Made by a program: the position numbers and the translations under genes. The notes under the pieces were generated by a model that was given only the letters and a program-made list of their open reading frames with translations, did not search any database and had not been told where the DNA came from. From NCBI GenBank assembly GCA_951406725.2, contig OX597839.1, positions 29,388,001 to 29,452,000 on the forward strand: DNA of 64,000 nucleotides, in the 5' to 3' direction. This DNA comes from Octopus vulgaris (Eukaryota). Shown here one piece after another: positions 55,703 through 64,000 of this stretch (positions within the stretch are counted from its first letter, which is position 1; each line of letters opens with the position of its first letter).

Positions 55703-56974
55703 GTGTGGTTCACGATCACTTCTCTTTTATCTACGAACACCTTTGATTATTGTTTTTCCGTGGTGGACCTCCATAACCATTCGATGGATATAAACTAATT
55801 TTATAGATGGATCTTTCTCGAGTAATATTGACTCATGGTGCAGGTTTACTGGGTTCTGTGGGGTATATATTGCCCCGTCATTGCAAATGAAAATGAAAGC
55901 CAGCAACATCTCGGGGCTAACCCTACGACGGACTGGGTTCCTTTTAAAAGCGGTGGGCAGCATTGTACGCTCGCATGGACACCGGGATAATTTTCGATCT
56001 AATGAACCTATGGACTCGTAAAAAACTTTCTCGTACATGATATACTTTGATTACATCCGCTCTTTGTTAACTTAGTCTTTTAGCGTTGAGGCCGAGTTTA
56101 TGACGAGCAAAGTTTCATAAGGCCTGCTTCTAGAAGGAAAAAAACACACACCAAAATAAACATGGTTATCTCTGCCTGAATGAAAGGGACATTCCCAGCT
56201 GATTTGGTATAATCAACTCTAGGAGAAACTGGGGGTATGAACTGTAGAGTTAAAGGTATAAACTGTGTCGATTAGGAACTTGGTCAAAAGACTGCAGCTG
56301 ATGGTATTTGAACCCTCGGTGATCAATCGGCTTCTTCCATTTCTTTTACTGCGTCTCCTTCCTTCATCCGTCTCCCTTACTTCTTCGTTTATATTTTCCA
56401 TCACTACGACCGCCACCGCACCACCCTTCCCTCTATTTCCTCCTCTTCTTCCTCTACTTCCTCTAACTCAGCATCACCATCTTCACCACCAGCACCACCA
56501 CCACCACTATCATCATCATCATCATCACCATCACCATCACCATCCCCACCATACGCTGCGGTTCTTCATACATAATTAGTAATTCTTCTGTATTACAGTT
56601 CTTCTTAATCCTAAATCTTAAAAGTCTTCATTAATTTTGAATTCTTGAAATCTCTCGTTCTGCTTAATCTTAAGTTCTTTAATTCTTCTTGATCCGTCCT
56701 TCACTTTGTCTGAAGACGACAATAACAAGAAGGGGGTAACTGTAACCAAAACCACCACGCCAACTGTAACAACACCATTGCAAGAGAAAATAGAGGGGTG
56801 GCGAAAGGGTTGATATCTTCTAATGTCATCAACAACGCAATTTTCGCAATCTCCTGTATCGTAGGAAGGCAGTGTTCGCGGGTTCACATCCTGCTGAGGA
56901 CATGTCGGTATACGCACACATACATTCCATGATCATATATATTAACTTCGACGAACACAATTGGATATAGTCTT

Positions 56975-57015
<41 letters not shown>

Positions 57016-57017
<2 letters not shown>

Positions 57018-57225
57018 GCGGTGAGCTGGCGGAATCGTTAGCACAGTGGGTATAATACTTAGCAGCGTATGGACTCTACACGTTTTGAGTTCAAATTCCG
57101 CCCTGGTGACTTTGTTTTCCTCCTTTCGGGGTCGATTAAACAAGTACCCGTTGAGCTATTGGGACAATGTAATCGACTTATCTCCTCTCTAAAAAGTTAC
57201 TGGCTTTGTGCCAAAATCTGAAACC
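57016..57225 (+). mobile_element. SINE family A, older subfamily
   Basis: GGCGGTGAGCTGGCGGAATCGTTAGCAC...GAGTTCAAATTCCGCC...CCTTTCGGGGTCGATT. Confidence 0.85.
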
Positions 57226-57240
57226 ATACTTACACACACA

Positions 57241-57307
<67 letters not shown>

Positions 57308-57327
57308 TCGTTATTATTATTATGAGT

Positions 57328-57594
57328 AAGGCGGCGAGCTGGCAGAAACGTTAGCACGCTGGGCGAAATGCTTAGCCGTATTTCGTCTGCCGTTACGCTC
57401 TGAGTTCAAATTCCACCGAGGTCGACTTTGCCTTTCATCCTTTCGGGGTCGATAAATTAAGTACCAGTTACGCACTGTGGTCGATGTAATCGACTTATTC
57501 CGTTTGTCCGTCCTTGTTTGTCCTCTCTGTGTTTAGCCCCTTGTGGGTAGTAAAGAAATAGGTATTTCACCCATCGCTACGTTCTGAGTTCAAA
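57328..57594 (+). mobile_element. SINE family A young copy followed by the start of a more diverged body
   Basis: A full unit, then AAAGAAATAGGTATTTCACCCATCGCTACGTTCTGAGTTCAAAT. Confidence 0.92.
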
Positions 57595-57595
57595 T

Positions 57596-58336
57596 CAGTG
57601 CGACGATGCCCTGGGGAGACTCTAGGCGTCTCTTCCGGAGGACTTTTCGGATAATTTCCAGATGTCGTTGGCTTGGCATATCTACCGGGGATCGCTACCG
57701 TTTCGACATAAACGCTACACACACGGATGTACTGTCAGACGCAAATAGCGACGAAACCGTTCTGCATGCACTCGTCCAGTAATTGCTGACTTGTGAACTT
57801 CTGGCGAACAGCTGCTGTCGCATGGGAAACAGATCTGTCTGTTATCCGAGTCCTTAGTGATGATTGCCCTACCTCCATCCTTTAATCGGGCAGGTAAGGC
57901 AGTTTTCCTTTGCCTGGTTGCTATGGTGAAACAGGTTGTCTGGTGGACGAAGCTGAAAGGAATGAAGACAGAGACATTCCTCTTTGGTAAGGCCCCCCCC
58001 CCCATCGACTTTTTCAAGTTTCCCTTGAAAAGGAAAGTGAGAGTGGAGATGGAGGTGCTGTTCTCGAGTGAATTTATGAACAGGTGGGTGAAAGTTGCGA
58101 AAATGGCGAGAGTGGATGGTACCACTCTCGGTGTAGACTCGTGAGTTGGAGGAAAGGAGCTGGAAAAGGTATTTGTCCATGGATGGTGGGGTTTCTGTGT
58201 ATACTTCACTTCTTTTCATGTACACTGTGTATACTTCTTTATTTCTATCATTCCATTATATATAAACCCCAGCAGTTTATGCCTGTCTTTGTATTGTTCC
58301 CATCACTCTTCGCCCTGGTGGCAAATAAATGAGACC
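57596..58336 (+). pseudogene. L1/Tx1-clade LINE ORF2 3' end and 3' UTR
   Basis: DNFQMSLAWHIYRGSLPFRHKRYTHG (zf-RVT-like), EQLLS, VFLCLVAMVKQVVWWTKLKG...FFKFPLKRKVRVE...RWVKVAKM. AATAAA at 58324. Confidence 0.75.
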
Positions 58337-58360
58337 ATTATTATTATTATTATTATTATT

Positions 58361-58899
58361 GAGTGAGAGAGTAGTGCATGCCGTCAAAGTGACACTGGGG
58401 TAAAATATACGAAGCCCAGCACACCCATCTGATAAGGGTATGCGAGGCACATGCATCACAACCATATGTGCGCAATACGGTGATCTCATATCAAGATAAA
58501 CAGCACATGACCTTATGGGTGGGGCCCAGTTAGAATTTTCTTCTGATCGAGTAGCCCAACCCGCTCAAAAGGTCCCTGAATAAGGTTTAAGGATATTGAA
58601 CAAAACATCCATGTTTCCAAAGGTGGATTATCCAAACCCTGAAGAATTTCTCTCAACACATGGCTATGATGCTCCCCCACTACTTCTGCTTGTCATTAGA
58701 GATGCACATATCTCAGTCACTAAGGGACATGCTCAACTGGTTAAGGTCAAACAACTGACAAGCAAATCTGTGGTATTGAGCAGAATATTTGCTGTAGCCC
58801 ATCTTTTATACCAAGACAAAACAATGTAAATGATAACACTTCGAATCAGTTAAGACTGAAGCCATGAGAGCCACTGCCTGGTACTGCATCGGGGAATTT
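58361..58899 (-). mobile_element. Second copy of the ~550-bp (TAA)n-embedded repeat
   Basis: Colinear with 34389-34947; (ATT)n on both sides. Confidence 0.8.
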
Positions 58900-58910
58900 A
58901 TTATTATTAT

Positions 58911-59034
58911 TCAGTAGTTTTATTTTTATAGCGTGCTGTCACTTCACTACCGAGCGCAGCTGTGTGTGCCTTGGGTATGTGCTGTGGTTTGTTGTGATGC
59001 TCTGATGGTTACTGTATTGAAAGTGTTTTGCGTA
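58911..59034 (-). mobile_element. R4/Dong 3' UTR fragment
   Basis: Homologous to 33931-34055; (TAA)n on both sides. Confidence 0.82.
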
Positions 59035-59079
59035 TATTATTATTATTATTATCATTATTATTATTATCAAACAATAAGA

Positions 59080-60515
59080 GCCAGATGCGATTGACTATTT
59101 ATTGAACTGAATAATATTTCGACAGAGTGTCTGTCTTCTTCGGGTTCAAAATGTGAAATGAAAAGAACGCAGGAATCCATTAATTAAAAATTCATAATTC
59201 ATAACTGGTTAAAACAAGAAAAAAAGAAAAAAAAGAAAGAAAACAGGAAATTTGATGAAATTCACCTGTCGTTTTATTCGTTCCTCCAGGGCGTGATGTT
59301 AGCAATTCCCAAATATATTTGTCCTCATGCATTTTAAGGAATGAAATTGCAGTGGAGTCAGGATATTTTCTGAGAGTCTGCACTTTCAGGTACTCCTCAA
59401 AATTACAGCTGTCAGATGTAAAATGCTCGACAAGATCCTCGAAGCTTCTGTTAGTGTGCATGACGTCATACCTATGCCCACTTCTTCTTTATTTTATTGC
59501 ACATCCAACATAAATCAAGTTAGGTTTGGTGCATTCTGCGGCGTCCACCAAATGGCAATCATTACCCATCCTACCTTACTCTTACTCTTTTACTTGTTGC
59601 AGTCATTTTGACTGCGGCCATGCTGGAGCACCGCCTTTAATCGAGCAACTAAACCCCGGGACTTATTCTTTTGTAAGCCCAGTACTTATTCTATCGGTTC
59701 TCTTTTGCCGAACCGCTAAGTAACGGGAACACAAGCACACCAGCATCGGTTGTCAAGCAATGCTAAGGGGACAAACACAGACACACAAACACACACACAT
59801 ATATATACATATATACGACGGGCTTCTTTTCAGTTTCCGTCTACCAAATCCACTCACAAGGCTTTGGTCGGGCCGAGGCTATAGTAGAAGACATTTGCCC
59901 AAGGTGCCACGCTGTGGGATTGAACCCGGAACCATGTGGTTGGTAAACGAGCTACTTACCACACAGGCACTCCTGCGCCTTCTGTATAAATAACATTTCT
60001 GTTATAATTTGTGATGGAATTAACTTGACTCATGTTGTTGCACAATGAACAAGGCTTACCTCTCTTATGGCTTCGGGGTGAAGCTTTCAGAAACTCCAAA
60101 GGTAGTTTTATTGAGGTTAGAGATAGCGGTTAATAATTCACTTCTTTATTGCGTCTAAAGACGGATAAAGGAATATTTGTTTGAAATGGGATATTTTTTT
60201 CTGAAACCTGCTGGTAACTTTCATGCAACACTTTTAAAATGCCAGCGAAATTTTGGTGCCGGTTAATCACTAAACGAATTCGATAACAAATTTTACTTTG
60301 GCTGCGAAAATTATGCGTGGAAGTTTGACTTTCTTTGCAAATTTTAGCCAAGTCATTTGCGATTTCCTCTATTCGTGATTCGCTGTAACCGTGTTTGACA
60401 AAATGGCGTAGAAAAGCATTTGCATGTTTCCACTAATCCCCTATGTCCGTACAAATCCGTTTCATCCTGAAAGATCGGGATTCGGATACTGATCTTGTGT
60501 TACAAAATTTGAAAC
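59080..60515 (-). pseudogene. Penelope-like element 3' half (RT thumb, linker, GIY-YIG, hammerhead-like tail), split by a SINE B
   Basis: SFRMKRICTD..FLRHFVKHGYS..RIRLVINRH..PLSVFRRNK; ECTKPNLIYVG..HRYD; HEDKYIWELLTSRPGGTNK. The tail at 59102-59149 reads TTGAAC-CCGAAGA-A-GACAGA/TCTGTC-GAAA...GTTCAA. Confidence 0.85.
59575..59980 (-). mobile_element. SINE family B, full length
   Basis: Minus strand GGCGCAGGAGTGCCTGTGTGGTAAGTAGC...GGTTCAATCCC...GGCACCTTGGGCAAATGTCTT (CORE-like), with a tail ending in AAGAGT repeats. Confidence 0.92.
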
Positions 60516-60548
60516 CATTATTACTACTATTATTTTTATTATTATCAT

Positions 60549-60692
60549 TCAGTAGTCTTATTTTTATCACGCGCTTTCACTTCACGACCGAGCGCAGCTC
60601 TGTGTGTGCCTTGGGTATGTGTTATGGTTTGTTGTGGTGCACTTATTTTCACTGTATTGAACGTGTTTTACGTAGGATGTGTGCGGTGCCTA
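60549..60692 (-). mobile_element. R4/Dong 3' end fragment (GTAHILRK plus 3' UTR)
   Basis: Homologous to 33931-34075; (TAA)n-like tail at 60517-60548. Confidence 0.82.
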
Positions 60693-60714
60693 CCAAGGTG
60701 ACAATTATTTAACT

Positions 60715-61215
60715 GGTCATGCTTCAAGAACCCCGCGAAGAATTCTTGCAGTTCCAATCAATGCTGATTTTTGTAGGTGTTCTACCTTCACCCTTGCACT
60801 GATCTTTTTCAGCCATGTTGGTAGTTGAGTGCTGATACTTCCAAGTACACCAATTACTATTGGTATCACATCTACTCTCTTCACTAACCACAACCTTCGT
60901 ATTTCCCACTTGAAATCGTCATAGCTGTTTATTTTTTTCCTTCTTTCTCTTTGATCCTGTTGTCACCGGAGCGTGCTATGTCAATTATCATACATGTTCT
61001 TTCTTTTTCATTCACCACAACAATGTCCGCTTTCCGATGTCTGGTCGGCTGATCACACTGGATCATTGCATCCCACTGGATTTTGCAGTTCTCATTCTCA
61101 GTGACTCCTTCTGGCGTTTGTTCATATCACGTATTTGCTCTTTGTAGGCTGTGATTTCCACAGATCTCGCAATGGATCAGTCTTGCCACATTGTCATGGC
61201 CTCTTTTGTATTCTT
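60715..61215 (-). pseudogene. Second R4/Dong-clade family, RLE endonuclease remnant
   Basis: HDNVARLIH...ENENCKIQWDAMIQCD..TRHRKADIVVV..CMIIDIA.SGD...VIPIVIGVLG...LQKSALIGTARILRGVLEA*. Confidence 0.9.
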
Positions 61216-61224
61216 CTTCTTCTT

Positions 61225-61780
61225 AAGGCAGTGAGCTGGCCCACCAGACAAAATGCTTAGCGGCATTTCGCCAGTCTTTACGCTTTGAGTTCAAATACTG
61301 CCGAGGTCGACTTTTCCTTTCATCCTTTCGGAGTAGACAAAATGAGTACCAGTTGAGTACTGAGGTTCAGTTAATCGACTTATCCCTTCCCCGAATTTAC
61401 TGGCCTTGTGGAAAAATTTGAAATCATTATTCATATTTATTATAAAGGCGGTAAGCTGGCAGAATCGTTAGCACGCTGGGCGAAATTCTTAGCCGTATTT
61501 CGTCTGCCGCTACGTTCTGAGTTCAAATTCCACCGAGGTCGACTTTGCCTTTCATCCTTCGGGGTCGATAAATTAAGTACCAGTTACGCACTGGAGTCGA
61601 TGTAATCGACTAGCCCCCTCCCCTAAAATTTCAGGCCTTGTCCCTATAATAGAAAGGATTTATAATTATATTATTATTATTAGTACTATTATTATTGTTA
61701 TGTTGTGTTTCTGAAGGTCGATGTAATCGACTGACTCCCCCCCTCCACCAAATTTCTGGCCTTGGGCCTATAGTAAAGAT
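61225..61780 (+). mobile_element. Cluster of SINE family A copies and fragments
   Basis: Units at ~61225-61425 and 61445-61660, plus a 3' piece at 61715-61780. Confidence 0.85.
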
Positions 61781-62149
61781 TATTATTATTATTGTTGTTG
61801 TTGTTAAGGTAACGATTCGGCAGGACAAAATGCTAGCCTCTTCTTCACAAATCCCAAAATTTCAGGCCTGGTGCTTACCGTAGCAAAGGACTGCTGCTGC
61901 TACTACTACAACCACCACCACCACCACCACCATCGCTGCTATTACTGTTACTGCTACTATTACTACTATGTCACGCAGCGTGGATGGAAAATGCACCGGA
62001 GTATGATAAGATGTGGTTAGAGGATGTTGTGACTTTCCTCGCCAACCGTTGAGGTCTCCAAAGGACAAATGATGACCCGACGAGAAAACTACTTCGAAAC
62101 TTACAGTTTCTGCAGCACGTTTGTAAAACATCTGTTTCAATACACCGTC

Positions 62150-62731
62150 AATTGTTTCTAAATATTGGAAATTCTGGGAGAAGGGACGAATCGATCATGT
62201 GGACCCTAGTGCTCCGTAGGAACCTATTTTATTGAATCCTTAAAAGTCCGCCTCGGAGGGAATTGGATTCGGAGCCTAAAGCCGGAAGAAATACCTATTT
62301 CTTTACTACCCACAAGGGGCTAAACACAGAGAGGACAAACAAGGACAGACAAACGGATTAAGTCGATTATATCGACCCCAGTGCGTAACTGGTACTCATT
62401 TAATCGACCCCGAAAGGATGAAAGGCAAAATCGCCGGAAGAAATACCTATTTCTTTATTACCCACAAAGGGCTAAACACAGAGGGGACAAACAAGGACAG
62501 ACATAGGTATTAAGTCGATTACATCGACCCCAGTGCGTAACTGGTACTTAATTTATCGACCCCGAAAGGATGAAAGGCAAAGTCGACCTCGGCGGAATTT
62601 GAACTCACAACGTGACGCAGACGAAATACCGCTAAGCATTTCGCCCGGCGTGCTAACCACTCTGCCAGCTCGCCGGAAGAAATACCGCTAAGCATTTTGT
62701 TCGACGCGCTAACGATTCTGTATTCTCGCCA
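62150..62731 (-). mobile_element. Old SINE A with two younger SINE A copies nested at one site
   Basis: GCCGGAAGAAATACC at 62281-62295, 62433-62447 and 62672-62686 bounds two young bodies. Confidence 0.9.
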
Positions 62732-62749
62732 CTGACTATTTTAATATTG

Positions 62750-62890
62750 ATTTCAGAATTTGGTACGAGCTCAGTAATTTAGGGGACAGGAAAAAGTCGA
62801 TTAAATGGACCCTAGTGCTCAATTGGTCCTTATTTTGGTCCCCGAAAGAATGAAAGGCAAAGTCGACCATGGCGGAATTTGAACTCAGAA
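62750..62890 (-). mobile_element. SINE family A fragment
   Basis: CCCGAAAGAATGAAAGGCAAAGTCGACCATGGCGGAATTTGAACTCAGAA. Confidence 0.82.
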
Positions 62891-63210
62891 TTCCTTCCTT
62901 TCTTTCTTTCTTTCTTTACTTACCTCTCTCTGTCCCTCCTCTCTCGCCTTTTCTCATCCCCTCTCTCTCTATATCCCTCCTCTTCCTCAACCCCTCCTTT
63001 TTCTCTCAGTCTGACTTCTCTCCCCTTCTCTCACTATCCCTCCTCCTCTCTTGCTGCCCCTCCTCTCACCTTTTCTAATCCTCTCTCTGTCCCCCTCTCT
63101 CTGTGTTCTTCCTCTTCTTTTTCTCTCTCGGTCACTGACCTCTCTCTCTCTCTCCTTCTCTTACAGTCTCCTCCTCCTCTCTCGCCGTCCCTGCTCTCTT
63201 TCTCCTTCAG
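62891..63210. repeat. Polypyrimidine (CT-rich) low-complexity tract
   Basis: About 320 bp that is mostly C/T. Confidence 0.9.
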
Positions 63211-63889
63211 TGTATGTGTATACCTGTGCGTAAGTGTGTGTGTGTAAAGTCTGTGCGCATGCCCCTGAGTGTCTGTGTGCGTGCGCGCGCGCCTGCTCGA
63301 TTCCGGAGGAGATCTTTCAGAGACAAATTCCTGCTCGCCATAAACCCATCACCAATCACCGGTCTTTCTTATAAGTTTCTCTCTTTTAAGAACTTATCCA
63401 ACACTTCAATGTATAATGCCTTAAACAGTCGTCATGGTAACAACACTAATTCCATTCTCAACGTTTCCGTTTTTTCTCCCTTTTTTCGTTCCGGAAAAAA
63501 TTAACTATTTTGTAATGCATTAACACATTAAAAAGTGAAAATGAAATTAATTAAAAAGATAGAAAAAAGCAAATAAATTTGGAAAGCAAATAAATAAATT
63601 TAGAAAGAAATCGAAGCAAAGCCATAAATCTCGTCTCTCTAAACTCGGCTGGCAGCTAAATCTGCCTAACACGTGACATCTGCTGGTTGACATAAACCAC
63701 ACGATAGACATTTCCAAGCACTGAACGAGTGGGCAGAAAGCATTTCAGACCGGTTCTGTGGATCGTATTGTCGTATCAATAGGAGTTTAATCCGAACCTT
63801 CAAGCGTTTCACATTCTGGGTTAAGGATTTTTGGATCCTCCGGAAGAAAATATACGTCAGAGTTTCATTTTTAAATCTTAAACATTACC

Positions 63890-64000
63890 CATTTCTTTAC
63901 TACCCACAAGGGGCTAAACACAGAGACAGACAAACAAGGACAGACAAACGGATTAAGTCGATTGTATCGACCCCAGTGCGTAACTGGTACTTATTTAATC
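63890..64000 (-). mobile_element. SINE family A 3' part, running off the window
   Basis: ATTTCTTTACTACCCACAAGGGGCTAAACACAGAG...CGTAACTGGTAC. Confidence 0.92.

Noticed and set aside
55700-56420. Unique-looking ORFs (55727-56038, 56219-56416, 56265-56579)
   Set aside because: No recognisable domain or splice structure; the His run comes from a (CAC/CAT)n repeat.

Overview
Eukaryotic, AT-rich, repeat-saturated DNA with no convincing host protein-coding gene. The SINE families and the very high microsatellite load point to an octopus/cephalopod genome (inference from recalled repeat families, not from a database search). Contents: many copies of at least four tRNA-headed SINE families; decayed DNA transposons (two Tigger/pogo, one Tc1 DD34E, maT/DD37D-like pieces, mariner MITEs, non-autonomous Helitrons); non-LTR retrotransposon 3' remnants (R4/Dong with RLE endonuclease in (TAA)n, L1/Tx1, Penelope-like GIY-YIG); a probable solo LTR; very long simple repeats, including a ~6.3 kb (TA/CA)n tract and a ~1.3 kb (GAT/GGT)n tract; and a ~8.9 kb near-identical duplication on either side of a 100-N gap, probably an assembly artefact. 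The most interesting signals are three. (1) About ten hammerhead-ribozyme motifs in Penelope-like tails, several with a greatly enlarged stem II. (2) A 139-bp-arm foldback at 55342-55652 carrying an apparently intact hammerhead on each strand. (3) A SINE that appears to insert repeatedly into its own GGTATTT site, with three identical 15-bp target copies at 62.3-62.7 kb and 184-bp tandem bodies at 1.6-2.15 kb. All long ORFs in the ORF track are simple-repeat artefacts. Boundaries were read by eye and are approximate.
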